A stretch of 32,000 bases of DNA from Dictyoglomus thermophilum H-6-12 (GCF_000020965.1 NC_011297.1:1428525-1460524), one strand, 5' to 3'; counted from the stretch's first letter, positions 9,916 through 20,576 are shown. A program made the numbers and translations. The notes: generated by a model not told the origin, from the letters alone.

Positions 9916-10194
9916 TTAATCTTTCAAAGGATAAGCAACACCTTCGAGAAGCATCTCAAAAACAACACCTTTTGCAAAAGCAACTTGTATAGTTTTTTTC
10001 TGCTTATTAATTGCAACTATCTGCCCTATCAATCCCCCCTTTGTAACAATCTTATCTCCAACCTTCAAAGAGTCGAGCATTTCTTGTCTTCTTTTTGCCT
10101 CTCTCTTTTGAGGAATAACTAGAATAAAATAAAAAACAGCTAAAAATACTCCCCAAACCAAAATTATACTTATTAGATTAACAGCCTGTTCCAT
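9916..10194 (-). CDS. yajC: Preprotein translocase subunit YajC
   Basis: Single N-terminal TM then [37 protein letters not shown]. Confidence 0.93.
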
Positions 10195-11351
10195 ACTTCC
10201 TCCTTCTCCAATCTATTTTCTCGATCATTTGCCAAGTACTGAGTTAAAAACTCTTTCTTAAATTCCTCCAACCTCCCTTCCCTAATACTTCTTCTAACAT
10301 CCTCCATTAATCTAAAAAGAAATCTTAGATTATGAATAGTTAAAAGTCTATAAGAAAAAGTCTCATGCTGCAAAAATAAATGCCTAATGTAGGCCTTAGT
10401 GAATCTCCTACACGTATAACAATCACAATCTTCCTCAAGAGGAGAAAAATCCTCTTTATATTGTGCATTTTTTATATTCCTTCTCCCTGTTTTAGTGTAA
10501 AAAACACCATGCCTCGCAAGTCTTGTAGGTAAGACACAATCAAACATATCTATCCCCATAGAAACTCCCATCACTAAATCCTCTGGAGCTCCAACTCCCA
10601 TGAGATATCTTGGTTTTTCTTCAGGAAGCAAACTCACTGTATAATCTGTTATCTCATACATTTTATCTTTTGGTTCTCCTACGCTTATTCCCCCAAGAGC
10701 AAAACCTGGAAGTTCCATATCAAGCATTCTTTCAACTGCCTCTTTTCTCAACTCTCTATAAAATCCACCTTGAATAATTCCAAAAAGGAGTTGAGTCTCC
10801 ATATTATTATTCTTTTTGTAATCTATACTCCTTTTAAGCCATCTCAGAGTAATCTCAAGAGCCTCTTTGGTTTCCCAATAAGAAGCTCCGTATCCTAGAC
10901 ATATATCTAAAGGCATTATAATATCAGACCCAAGAGCCTTCTGCACCTCCATAACAAGTTCAGGGGTAAAAAAATACTGACTTCCATCAATGTGAGAGTT
11001 AAAATATATACCATCCTCTTCAATCTTTCTTAATCTTGCAAGACTAAATACCTGATATCCTCCACTATCGGTAAGAATGGGTTTATCCCAACCTATAAAT
11101 CTATGAAGTCCACCACCCTTTTTAATAATCTCTTGACCTGGTCTTAAGAAAAGATGATATGTATTAGAAAGGATTATTTCTGCCCCAACCTCTTCTACTT
11201 CCTCTGGAGAAAGGGTTTTTACTGCTCCTTGGGTGCCTACAGGCATAAAAACAGGAGTATTAACTTCTCCATGAAAAGTCTTAAGTCTACCTAATCTTGC
11301 TCTTGTATTTTTATCTCTTTGGATAACTTCAAAACTCATTTTCCACCTCAA
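10173..11351 (-). CDS. tgt: tRNA-guanine transglycosylase (start may be an internal Met, MSFEVIQRD)
   Basis: [44 protein letters not shown], zinc site [11 protein letters not shown]. Confidence 0.97.
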
Positions 11352-12367
11352 TAGATAAACATAGCATCCCCAAAACTATAAAATCTCATTCTCTCCTCAA
11401 TAGCTTTGTTATAAGCCTTTTTCATAAGATCATACCCCATAAAGGCAGCCACAAGCATAAGTAAAGTGGACTTAGGAAGATGAAAGTTAGTTATCAATCC
11501 ATCTATTATCTTAAACTCAAATCCGGGATATATAAAAAGATCTACAAGACCAGATCCAGGTTCTACCTTACCAGATCTTCCTTGAGCCTCTAACACTCTT
11601 GTTACCGTTGTTCCTACAGCTATAACTCTTCTTCTTTCTTCTTTTGCTTTATTTATTCTTTCTGCCACCTCGTCACTTACCTCAAAATACTCAGGATCTA
11701 ATTTATGTTTAGTGATATCCTCCACTACTACAGGCCTAAAAGTTCCAAGCCCTACATGGAGAGTAATATACAAAATTTCAACACCCATTTCCCCTAAAGT
11801 TTTTAAAAGCTCTTCAGTAAAGTGAAGACCAGCAGTAGGAGCTGCAACAGCACCTTCCTTTTGAGCATAAACAGTTTGATATTTATTAGGATCATCAATA
11901 GGCTTTTTTATGTAGGGAGGGAGAGGTATATTCCCAATTTCTGGAAGAATCTTATCTAAATCTTCCTGAGAAAACTTCAGTACAAAAATCCCTTCCTCAT
12001 TCCTCTCTACAACCTCAGCATAAATATCCTCAAGGAAATGTATTTTCGTACCAATCTTCGCTCTTTTGCCAGGCTTTAATAAGGCCTCATATTTTCCTTC
12101 TCCTATCTTTTTGAGAAGTAAGACCTCTATCTTCGCCCCTGTCTCCTTTTTTCCATAAAGCCTTGCAGGTATTACCTTTGTGTTATTTAAAACCAGTACA
12201 TCTCCAGCCTTCAAATAATTTTTAATCTCCCTAAATATGGTAATATTGATTTCACCAGTTTTCCGGTTTACCAACATCAAACGCGATGTATCCCTTGGCT
12301 CAGCAGGTTCCTGAGCAATTAATTCCTCTGGTAAGTAGTAATCATAATCTGACAATTTTAGTACCAT
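11348..12367 (-). CDS. queA: S-adenosylmethionine:tRNA ribosyltransferase-isomerase
   Basis: [65 protein letters not shown]. Confidence 0.97.
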
Positions 12368-13449
12368 TTTGCCACCCCTACTCCCTGATAATAAAACTTT
12401 AAGATTTCTTTATAATTATAACCTTTTTCCGCAAGAAATTTTGCTCCCTTTTGAGAAAGACCTACCCCATGACCATTTCCTCTACCTGAAAAGATTATGT
12501 AATCACCATTTATCACTATATCAAATAAAGTACTGGGAAGGTTAAATAAATTTCTAAAAGTTGTTCCCTTAATGTAATAAATTCCTTCGCTACTCTTAAA
12601 GTACATCATATATATCCTACCTGAGCTTGTCTTTTCAAGCTCTATAGAAAAATTTCCACCAATGTTTATATCCGCAGAACTTAACTTATTAATAAATTCA
12701 GAGAAATTTACCGTCCTACTCCAAGTATCATTCAGTAATTCCTCGGAGTCCTTAACACCCTTTAGATAAGGAAGATCTTCTCCCCAAACGTATTTGCAAT
12801 CTTCTGTGAATCCCCCAGAAGAAGAATGAAAAAAAGCCTTTATAGGTTGATTATTATAAACAACTACTTCACCTATAGTTTCCATAACAGCTCTGGTACT
12901 TCTCTCATTTTCCACCCTCATCCCTTTATAAACTTGACAATGGGTAGTGTTACAAAGATCAAATTCTCCATGCTTCCTTTTATTCACTAAAGCATAAGTT
13001 CTAGATGCTACTGCCTGGGCTTTTAAAGCCTCTAAAGGATAAGATGCTGGCATTTCTGAAGGAACTACCGACATTAGATATTCTTCTATGTTCAAAACAT
13101 TTACTAGCCACCCTGAAGGAAGAATCTCAAAATATCCTCTATAATAATTGGAATTATAGTTTACATAATAGCCATCAGGATAAATTCTCAAAGGTAAAGT
13201 TACTCCTAAAATCCCATTATTTGTCTCTATAAAACCAGATCCATTCTTCACTTTAATCTTAACATAACCTTTGCCCTCAACTTTCATGTCGAGAAAATCT
13301 GTAGCCATTCTCCCTACATTTGAAAAATATGCATCTCCATCAATTTTAGCAATACCTATTCTTATCAAAGGAATATCTTGAGAACGAGAGTTATTTATAA
13401 AAATAAAAAGAAAGACTAAAAATAGGGTAATAACAACTTTTCTAAACAT
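12358..13449 (-). CDS. SpoIID/LytB-domain protein with signal peptide
   Basis: N-terminal signal-like segment; YLMSVVPSEMPASYPLEALKAQAVASRTYAL, GRGNGHGVGLSQKGAKFLAEKGYNYKEILKFYY. Confidence 0.92.
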   Translation of the reverse strand: MFRKVVITLFLVFLFIFINNSRSQDIPLIRIGIAKIDGDAYFSNVGRMATDFLDMKVEGKGYVKIKVKNGSGFIETNNGILGVTLPLRIYPDGYYVNYNSNYYRGYFEILPSGWLVNVLNIEEYLMSVVPSEMPASYPLEALKAQAVASRTYALVNKRKHGEFDLCNTTHCQVYKGMRVENERSTRAVMETIGEVVVYNNQPIKAFFHSSSGGFTEDCKYVWGEDLPYLKGVKDSEELLNDTWSRTVNFSEFINKLSSADINIGGNFSIELEKTSSGRIYMMYFKSSEGIYYIKGTTFRNLFNLPSTLFDIVINGDYIIFSGRGNGHGVGLSQKGAKFLAEKGYNYKEILKFYYQGVGVAKWY

Positions 13450-13450
13450 A

Positions 13451-13672
13451 CTACTTTCTTAATCGAAGGATTATATTAAGTATAATTGTAAGAAGAAGAC
13501 TTAAAAGAATAGACGTGGTTATTGGAAAATAGAATACAAAATTTTTCTTCTCTATCCTTATATCTCCAGGAAGTCTTCCTAAAAAAGGTATCTTGTCTAT
13601 AAAGACAAAGATTAAACCAAGAATTATCAAGATGATTCCAAAAATTATCAACCATTTCCCCATAAAAGACAT
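13451..13672 (-). CDS. DUF2905-family small membrane protein
   Basis: GKWLIIFGIILIILGL...IPFLGRLPGDIRIEKKNFVFYFPITTSILLSLLLTII. Confidence 0.85.
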   Translation of the reverse strand: MSFMGKWLIIFGIILIILGLIFVFIDKIPFLGRLPGDIRIEKKNFVFYFPITTSILLSLLLTIILNIILRLRK

Positions 13673-13678
13673 AAATAT

Positions 13679-14542
13679 CTACCCCCTAATTACTTTTTGA
13701 AACTTTGGAACATTGACAAATTTTATCTCCTTACTCATAATCATTTCTCCATCAAAGCTTATTATAAGTTCATGGTCTGAAACAATCTTAACCTCTCTAC
13801 CTCTATATATTTTAATATGAGGGTTTATAGTATGTTTTCCTACATATACTAAGGGAAAGGTTGCTACTAATTCTAAAGGATGTATTTTTTGAACAATACC
13901 TATATCAAAGTATCCATCCTCAGGATCAGAATTAGGAAGTAATTTCATACCTCCGCCATAATAGGAAGTGTTTCCAAGAGCAATAAGAGTAATTCTACCC
14001 CTCCAAGATACCCCATCAAAGGAAACCTCACATTCTGGATATTTAAAGCCTTTCAAAGTGGTAAAAACTGAAATTATATAACCTTTAAATCCTGTCAAGT
14101 TTAACTTATTTGAATTATAATTTACATCTCCTACAAAGCCAGTACCAGCAATACCTACAAAGTATCTTCCATCAAGAAGCCCCATATCAACTTCCCTTAT
14201 AACTCCATTCTTCAACAATTTTACCGCTCCTCTAAGATCTCTTGGAATTCTATAAGATATAGCAATATCGTTACCCCTTCCCAAGGGAATAATTCCTAAA
14301 ATTCCTCTACCCTTGAGACCATTTACCACTTCATTTATAGTACCATCACCACCTGCTGCAACCACTACATCTGCTCCTTTTTTCAGAGCCTCTTCCACCT
14401 GCCTAATGGTTCCTTCCTTGCCTAAAGTAAACTCAACAGTATAATCAATTTCCTCTTCATTGAGAATTTTAATAAGTTCATTATATTTTTTCTCCGCTTT
14501 TCCGCGGTTTGAGGTTGGATTAAAAAGAATATGGTATTTCAC
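13679..14542 (-). CDS. Diacylglycerol/lipid kinase family protein (YegS/DagK-like)
   Basis: NPTSNRGKAEK, VVAAGGDGTINEVVNGL, GIIPLGRGNDIA. Confidence 0.93.
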   Translation of the reverse strand: MKYHILFNPTSNRGKAEKKYNELIKILNEEEIDYTVEFTLGKEGTIRQVEEALKKGADVVVAAGGDGTINEVVNGLKGRGILGIIPLGRGNDIAISYRIPRDLRGAVKLLKNGVIREVDMGLLDGRYFVGIAGTGFVGDVNYNSNKLNLTGFKGYIISVFTTLKGFKYPECEVSFDGVSWRGRITLIALGNTSYYGGGMKLLPNSDPEDGYFDIGIVQKIHPLELVATFPLVYVGKHTINPHIKIYRGREVKIVSDHELIISFDGEMIMSKEIKFVNVPKFQKVIRG

Positions 14543-15087
14543 TTTTTACCTCCTTTATAATATCTATCTTTCTCACTATATATACAACCACAATATTTTT
14601 GTCTATATAGGCCATACTCCTTAGACAAATTAACTCCCTCTCTATAACCCACTCTGAAATCTTCATAGTAAAACTCTATCTTATATTCATTAGCAAGGTA
14701 ATTTGCAATATCCTTAATAAGGTCGTGCCTCTGATAAGGACTCACAAGCATTGTAGTAGAAAAAAGATTAAATCCAAGCTCTTTTGCTTTTTCTACTGTT
14801 TTCTTTAAACGCATATAATAACACACAGGACATCTTTCTTTTTCTCTATAGACTACCTGCCTTATAAACTCTTCAAGAGCATAGTCATCTTCATAAACTA
14901 CCGGTAAATTTTGGTTCTCAGCAAAATCCTTTAGAGTATTTAAACGCATTGAATATTCTGTATAGGGATGAATGTTAGGATTATACCAAAAACCTGTAAC
15001 ATCAAAATTTTTTTCCCTCAATACCTTAAGAGGATAAGTAAGACAAGGAGCACAACAAATATGAATAAAGATTTTCTTATTGGTCAT
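14539..15087 (-). CDS. queH: Epoxyqueuosine reductase QueH (DUF208)
   Basis: HICCAPCLTYPLKVL, FWYNPNIHPYTEY, ERCPVCYYMRLKKT, YCGCIYS cysteine motifs. Confidence 0.9.
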   Translation of the reverse strand: MTNKKIFIHICCAPCLTYPLKVLREKNFDVTGFWYNPNIHPYTEYSMRLNTLKDFAENQNLPVVYEDDYALEEFIRQVVYREKERCPVCYYMRLKKTVEKAKELGFNLFSTTMLVSPYQRHDLIKDIANYLANEYKIEFYYEDFRVGYREGVNLSKEYGLYRQKYCGCIYSEKDRYYKGGKK

Positions 15088-16081
15088 GATAATACCTCAT
15101 TATATGAGCTAAACCGAGAGGAGTTATAACTCTTCCCCTTGAAGTCCTCTGAATAAAACCAATTCTTAAAAGATAAGGTTCATATATAGACTCAATAGTT
15201 TCAGGAGACTCATTGAGAACTGCTGCCAGAGTTTTCAACCCCACAGGTCCTCCTGAGAATTTATCTTTTAAAGTAAAAAGAATCTTTCTATCTAACTCAT
15301 CAAGACCATTTTCATCAATACCAATTAATTCAAGAACTTTTTTAGTTTCTGTTAAATCAATATTTTTATTATCCCTTAAATCAACATAATCTTTTATCCT
15401 CTTTAAAATCCTATTTGCAATTCTGGGAACACCTCTTGATCTCTTAGCAACTTCATAAATAGATTCATAGGAAAGATTTAATCCAAGAATTTTTTGGGAT
15501 CTTTCAATAATCTTAACCATCTCTTCATGAGTATAAAAGTCAAGAGTTGCTATAAAGCCAAAACGATCTCTCAGAGGAGTACTAAGCAATGCAGGCCTTG
15601 TGGTTGCACCTATTAGGGTAAAGGGGGGAAGTTTTAGACTCAAAACTTTACCGCCTGGACCCTTTCCAGCCACAATGCTTATACTTCCGTCTTCTAAAGC
15701 AGAATAAAGTATTTCTTCCAAGGAAGGACTTAATCTGTGAATTTCATCTATAAAAATAACTCCCTTCTCTTCAATCCCTGTAAGTAAAGCTATCAAGTCA
15801 CCACTTTTTTGTATTGATGGAGCAGATATCATTTTAATCTGAGTATTTTGTTCTTCTGCTATTATCAAAGCAAGGGTAGTTTTTCCTACGCCGGGAGGTC
15901 CTACAAAAAGAATATGGTCTATGGCTTCCTCTCTTTTTTTAGCAGCATTAATTATTAAAGCTAATCTTTCTTTTATCTTTTCTTGCCCTATAAATTCCGA
16001 TAAACTTTTGGGCCTTAAAGCATTATCAAGAGCTGGCTCTCTTTGTACAATAGAAAAATTAGGAAACTTCTTCATTTTCAT
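15077..16081 (-). CDS. ruvB: Holliday junction branch migration helicase RuvB
   Basis: LRPKSLSEFIGQEKIKERL, DHILFVGPPGVGKTTLALIIA, VIFIDEIHRLSP, LIGATTRPALLSTPLRDRFG. Confidence 0.98.
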   Translation of the reverse strand: MKMKKFPNFSIVQREPALDNALRPKSLSEFIGQEKIKERLALIINAAKKREEAIDHILFVGPPGVGKTTLALIIAEEQNTQIKMISAPSIQKSGDLIALLTGIEEKGVIFIDEIHRLSPSLEEILYSALEDGSISIVAGKGPGGKVLSLKLPPFTLIGATTRPALLSTPLRDRFGFIATLDFYTHEEMVKIIERSQKILGLNLSYESIYEVAKRSRGVPRIANRILKRIKDYVDLRDNKNIDLTETKKVLELIGIDENGLDELDRKILFTLKDKFSGGPVGLKTLAAVLNESPETIESIYEPYLLRIGFIQRTSRGRVITPLGLAHIMRYYHDQ

Positions 16082-16668
16082 GGCTCCTGAGATAACCTCT
16101 TTAGAGCAAACTTTATAATCTCTTCAAGATTATCTAAACTTTTAAATTCTTTCCTTATATCTCTCATAACCAATTCTATATCCTTCTTATCATATCCTAA
16201 ATTCAAAAGAGCATTTTTTATTACATTTTCTTCGTCATTATAAACCCTCTTAGGAATAACACCTTTTATTTCAAGAAAAATCTTTTGAGCAATCTTCTTT
16301 CCAATTCCAGGTATATTTAAAAGTGTATTCAAATCTTCTTTTTCAAGCACCTCATAAAACTCTTTAGGAGGAAGCGTAGAAACAATCCTTAAAGCAATTT
16401 TTACCCCAACCCCCGTAATATTTTTAAGACTTTCAAACAAATCTCTTTCTTCTTCAGACAAAAAACCAAAAAGCTTTACATTATCTTTCTCTATAACCTC
16501 TGCCACATAGAGCAATACATTATCACCCAATTTTTCATTAAGCTTTAAAGCCAAATTCTTTCCAATATAAATCTTAAAACCAAAAGCTCCTGTATCAACT
16601 ACAACAAAATCTTCAGCTATCCTTAAAAGTTTTCCATAGATATGGTTTAAAAATACCAAAATCAACAA
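16078..16668 (-). CDS. ruvA: Holliday junction branch migration protein RuvA
   Basis: IGVYIGKNL-type OB N-domain, SLKNITGVGVKIALRILS, LNIPGIGKKIAQKIFLEIK. Confidence 0.94.
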   Translation of the reverse strand: MLILVFLNHIYGKLLRIAEDFVVVDTGAFGFKIYIGKNLALKLNEKLGDNVLLYVAEVIEKDNVKLFGFLSEEERDLFESLKNITGVGVKIALRIVSTLPPKEFYEVLEKEDLNTLLNIPGIGKKIAQKIFLEIKGVIPKRVYNDEENVIKNALLNLGYDKKDIELVMRDIRKEFKSLDNLEEIIKFALKRLSQEP

Positions 16669-17138
16669 CCTTCCTGTTTATAAATGTAAGAAATACATAA
16701 AGCTAAAGCATCGGCTACATCATCTGGTTTAGGAATATCTTTTAATTTCAATACTTCTTTTACCATATACTGTACTTGATCTTTAGTAGCCCTACCGTAA
16801 CCTACCACCGAGAGTTTTACCTCAAGAGGAGTTAATATGGAAACCTCCCTCTGATGTTGTTGAGCTGCAAGAATTATAACACCCTGCGCCTGTCCTATAC
16901 TGATGGCAGTCTTGATATTTTTATTGAAAAAAACCTCTTCCATTACAACAGCATCGGGATTGTATAAATCTAAAAGAGAAGAGACTTGATCAAATAAATA
17001 ATTCAATCTCCTTCCAATACTCCAATTGGAAGGAGTAGTCAAAGCTCCATACTCAATTACAGCTATTTTGTCATCCTCTTTATTCAAAATGCCATAACCT
17101 GTTATTGCTGTTCCAGGATCAAACCCTATAACAATCAT
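16662..17138 (-). CDS. ruvC: Crossover junction endodeoxyribonuclease RuvC
   Basis: VIGFDPGTAITGYGIL, AVVMEEVFFNKN, VKLSVVGYGRATKDQVQYMV, KPDDVADALALAL-like motif. Confidence 0.97.
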   Translation of the reverse strand: MIVIGFDPGTAITGYGILNKEDDKIAVIEYGALTTPSNWSIGRRLNYLFDQVSSLLDLYNPDAVVMEEVFFNKNIKTAISIGQAQGVIILAAQQHQREVSILTPLEVKLSVVGYGRATKDQVQYMVKEVLKLKDIPKPDDVADALALCISYIYKQEGC

Positions 17139-17888
17139 CTATGAGAGAGACTGCAAAATTTCATCGGGTATATCAAAATTAGCATAAGTCTTTTGCACAT
17201 CATCATGATCTTCAAGCTCTTCCATAAGTTTTAGAACCTTTTCAGCGTCGGGCCCATCTACAGGTACTACATTCTTAGGAACTTTTGTTACCTCAGCTTG
17301 GGTAATTTTATATCCCTTTTCCTCAAGTACATTCTTTACCTCAGAAAAGTTTTCAGGACTTGTTATAATCTCAACACTATCTCCGCTTATCTGCACATCT
17401 TCAGCCCCAGCCTCAAGAGCATCCGCTATCAATTGATCTTCATCTTTTACACTCTCTTTTTCAATGAATATACTCCCTTTATCCTCAAAAATCCAAGCAA
17501 CACAGCCTGCCTCTCCAAGGCTTCCTCCATGTTTAGTAAATATCCTTCTTATCTCAGCCGCAGTTCTATTTTTATTATCCGTAACCACCTCTACCATTAT
17601 TGCAACTCCGCCAGGTCCATATCCCTCATAGGTTACTTCCTCATAAGCAACCCCAGGAATAGCTCCTATTCCCCTCATTATAGCCTTCTCTATATTTTCT
17701 TTAGGCATATTTGCCTCTTTAGCCCTTTCAATGGCAGCTCTCAAACGAGGATTAGTCTCAGGATTTCCTCCACCATGTTTTGCTGCTATTATAATTTCCT
17801 TACTCAATTGAGAGAAAAGTTTACCCTTTTTAGCATCCGCTGCTGCCTTTCTATGTTTAATATTTGCCCACTTAGAGTGTCCTGACAT
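17139..17888 (-). CDS. yebC: YebC/PmpR-family DNA-binding/translation protein
   Basis: [32 protein letters not shown]; SD AAGGAGG just upstream. Confidence 0.96.
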   Translation of the reverse strand: MSGHSKWANIKHRKAAADAKKGKLFSQLSKEIIIAAKHGGGNPETNPRLRAAIERAKEANMPKENIEKAIMRGIGAIPGVAYEEVTYEGYGPGGVAIMVEVVTDNKNRTAAEIRRIFTKHGGSLGEAGCVAWIFEDKGSIFIEKESVKDEDQLIADALEAGAEDVQISGDSVEIITSPENFSEVKNVLEEKGYKITQAEVTKVPKNVVPVDGPDAEKVLKLMEELEDHDDVQKTYANFDIPDEILQSLS

Positions 17889-17956
17889 TATTCCGCCTCC
17901 TTCTTAAGTCAAAGATTTGCTATGTTTCATAAGCATTCTACAACATTTTATTAAGT

Positions 17957-17985
17957 TTGACAAGAATAGCACTTTTAATTAAACT
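17957..17985 (+). promoter_or_regulatory. Predicted promoter for the HAD-family gene, start codon 8 nt past the -10
   Basis: TTGACA (17957-17962) - 17 bp - TAAACT (17980-17985); ATG at 17994; no SD visible. Confidence 0.6.
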
Positions 17986-17993
17986 ATCTTACT

Positions 17994-18707
17994 ATGGATA
18001 TAAAATTGATTCTGACAGATATAGAAGGTTGTATCACAAAAGACAAAGGATATCCTTTAGACCTTTGTTCTCTTCAATGGATAAGAGACAACATTAAAAA
18101 ATTACCTCCCATATCCCTGAATACAGGCAGGTCAAAACCATATATTGAGGCGATACTACAAGCCATAGGAGAGTTTCAAGATTCGATAGGGGAAAATGGA
18201 TGTACTATATTTTTGGTTGACAAAGATGATATTATCTTCCACCCTATGCTAAACGAAGAGATCCTTAAGCAAAAGGATGAACTTAAAAAATTCTTGAAAG
18301 AGAAAATTAAAAATTTAGGTCACATAGAGCCAGGGAAAGAAGTATGTGTATCTATATTTCCAGAAAAGGGAGTTTCAGTAAAAGATCTTGCCGAGTACAC
18401 TCAGGAACTTATTAAAGATAGATTTCCAGAGTTTCATTTAGTATATTCGTCAGTAGCTGTTGATATCACACCCAAGGGCATAGATAAAGGTGCAGGAATG
18501 GATGTACTATTGGAAATAAAGAATTTATCCTATGATGAGGTACTTGGAATTGGAGACAGCCTTGGAGACTATCCCTTCTTGAGTAAATTGAAACACAAGG
18601 CTACTCCTGCCAATGGTCATCCTAAAATAAAAGAGATAGCAACCTATATAGCTAAAGAGGAAGACATAAAGGGATTAATTGAGATATTTAAACACTTTTT
18701 CTTCTAA
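17994..18707 (+). CDS. HAD-superfamily phosphatase (sucrose-phosphatase/MPGP/archaeal phosphoglycolate phosphatase-like) with variant motifs
   Basis: Motif I LILTDIEGC (DxE), motif II LNTGRS, KGIDKGAGMDVLLE, motif IV GIGDSLGDYPFL. Confidence 0.82.
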   Translation: MDIKLILTDIEGCITKDKGYPLDLCSLQWIRDNIKKLPPISLNTGRSKPYIEAILQAIGEFQDSIGENGCTIFLVDKDDIIFHPMLNEEILKQKDELKKFLKEKIKNLGHIEPGKEVCVSIFPEKGVSVKDLAEYTQELIKDRFPEFHLVYSSVAVDITPKGIDKGAGMDVLLEIKNLSYDEVLGIGDSLGDYPFLSKLKHKATPANGHPKIKEIATYIAKEEDIKGLIEIFKHFFF

Positions 18708-20232
18708 TAATCTCCTCTACGGAATAGGGGATCATTTCAACTATATCTAAAGCCTTTAAACCAATATTACCTTTATGCTCTTTCCATAACACCGAAGTAT
18801 ATCCATGAACAAAATTACCCAAGATACAAGCCTCCCTCAAAGTATACCCCTGAGCAACTAAGCCCGCAATTATTCCTGTAAGAACATCTCCTGAGCCAGC
18901 CGTTGCAAGCAAAGAATTGGCAAAAGGATTAACATATACATTACCCTCTTGATCAAAAAATAAAGAATAGGGACCTTTAAGTATCAAGTTTAATTGATGT
19001 TCTTTTACAAATAACCTACCTAATTCAACTCTCTTTCTCATAATTACATCTATACTTTCTCCCGTAACCCTTGACATCTCTCCATAATGAGGGGTAAGTA
19101 CTATACTCTTTTTCGAAATCTCCTTAAGAATGTCCTTTATAAAGGAAAGAGCATCTGCATCCACCACTACACTTTTATCTACTTTTCTCAAAAATTCTTG
19201 AACAAGTTTTTTAGTATCCTCACTTATGCCTATGCCAGGTCCAATAGCTATAGAATCAATACCGTAATCCTCTACTATATTTAAGAGATAATCTAAATTA
19301 TCATAAGAAATATAACCCTCTGTATCTTTTAACGAAATATAGATGATTTCAGGATAATTTCCCCTATATAACATATTAATTTTCTCTGGAACCGCAAGAT
19401 AAACCATTCCTGCACCTATTCTCAATGCTGATAGAGCAGATAGAATAGGTGCTCCAGTATACTTAAAAGACCCTCCAATAATCAGTACTCTGCCCTTTTT
19501 TCCTTTATGAACCCTTTTGGAGGGAATACGAATAATATCCTTTACAAAATTCCAATCAACAAGATTTAAAGAAGATTCCACAATATTCTCAATAACCTCT
19601 TTGGGAATTCCTAAATTACCTACAATAACTTCTCCCACATAATCTACAGCTTCGACCTCAAAAAGACCAATCTTAGGGAGAAACATAGTCAAAACATAGT
19701 TCGCTCTTATAGCTTCCCCCATTACCTCCCCAGTATCAGAATTTATTCCTGAGGGTACATCGATAGAAATTACCATCTTGTTTAAGCCATTAATATATTT
19801 GAAGACCCTCTTTAAATCCTCCTCAATTTCTCTTTTTAAGCCTATTCCAAAAATTCCATCAATTATTAGATCATACTCTTTAAGCTCTAGATAGTTTTGT
19901 AAAAGATTCCTTATCTCAACCAAACTTTGTAAAAGATTTAGTTGAATTTTCAAAAGATCTGATACTTTTCTATTCCACAAATAAGAAAATATAGTAACTT
20001 TCTTAACTCCATTTGTGTACAAATACCTTGCTAAAGCAACCCCATCGCCCCCATTATTTCCTGGACCACAAAGAATGGCAATTCTTTTATTATTTAAATC
20101 ATCAAAATTTTCTTTGATAAAACTAAATAAAAAAGATGCAGCATTCTCCATTAACAATAAGGGTGGTACACCATAATCCTTTTCTAACCTATATTCAAAC
20201 TTTCTAATATCCTCCGAACTTACTAACTTCAC
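18688..20232 (-). CDS. nnr: Bifunctional NAD(P)H-hydrate epimerase / ADP-dependent (S)-NAD(P)H-hydrate dehydratase
   Basis: YjeF N-domain ILCGPGNNGGDGVALARYL, C-domain KGKKGRVLIIGGSFKYTGAPILSA, ANSLLATAGSGDVLTGIIAGLVAQG. Confidence 0.93.
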   Translation of the reverse strand: MKLVSSEDIRKFEYRLEKDYGVPPLLLMENAASFLFSFIKENFDDLNNKRIAILCGPGNNGGDGVALARYLYTNGVKKVTIFSYLWNRKVSDLLKIQLNLLQSLVEIRNLLQNYLELKEYDLIIDGIFGIGLKREIEEDLKRVFKYINGLNKMVISIDVPSGINSDTGEVMGEAIRANYVLTMFLPKIGLFEVEAVDYVGEVIVGNLGIPKEVIENIVESSLNLVDWNFVKDIIRIPSKRVHKGKKGRVLIIGGSFKYTGAPILSALSALRIGAGMVYLAVPEKINMLYRGNYPEIIYISLKDTEGYISYDNLDYLLNIVEDYGIDSIAIGPGIGISEDTKKLVQEFLRKVDKSVVVDADALSFIKDILKEISKKSIVLTPHYGEMSRVTGESIDVIMRKRVELGRLFVKEHQLNLILKGPYSLFFDQEGNVYVNPFANSLLATAGSGDVLTGIIAGLVAQGYTLREACILGNFVHGYTSVLWKEHKGNIGLKALDIVEMIPYSVEEIIRRKSV

Positions 20233-20576
20233 TCTTTTGCCTCCAGAGTAATAATTATTTTATTGGGAAGACAAATAATGCTTTCTTCCTTTTTGTTTAT
20301 AAATCCCTGTTTAACACAAAGTTTATCAGGACAAGGAGAAGAAATCATATGTACCCCTTTACCTTTTACATATTCAAAAATGCTTATCCCCAAAGGACCC
20401 TTAACCTCAAATCTATCTCCATCTTTTATTTCAATTAAAGATTTTGATAAAACTTCTTTATTATTAACATAAACTTTTAGAATAGTACCTTCACCTTTAG
20501 TATAATTAAAATAAAACAACAACAATGCTAGCAAAAGAAAAATCACTATCACTACTATATCATACTTCCTTAGCAT
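20229..20576 (-). CDS. NusG domain II-containing membrane-anchored protein (DUF1312-like)
   Basis: N-terminal TM IVVIVIFLLLALLLFYF; VYVNNKEV, GPLGISIFEYVKGKGVHMISSPCPDKLCVKQGFI. Confidence 0.82.
   Translation of the reverse strand: MLRKYDIVVIVIFLLLALLLFYFNYTKGEGTILKVYVNNKEVLSKSLIEIKDGDRFEVKGPLGISIFEYVKGKGVHMISSPCPDKLCVKQGFINKKEESIICLPNKIIITLEAKE

Noticed and set aside
13005-13232. 75 aa plus-strand ORF inside the spoIID-like gene
   Set aside because: Antisense artefact over a conserved SpoIID core.
17298-17885. 195 aa plus-strand ORF opposite yebC
   Set aside because: Exactly antisense to conserved YebC and composed of reverse-complement codon artefacts (Ser/Ile/Phe/Tyr-rich); no SD or recognisable domain.
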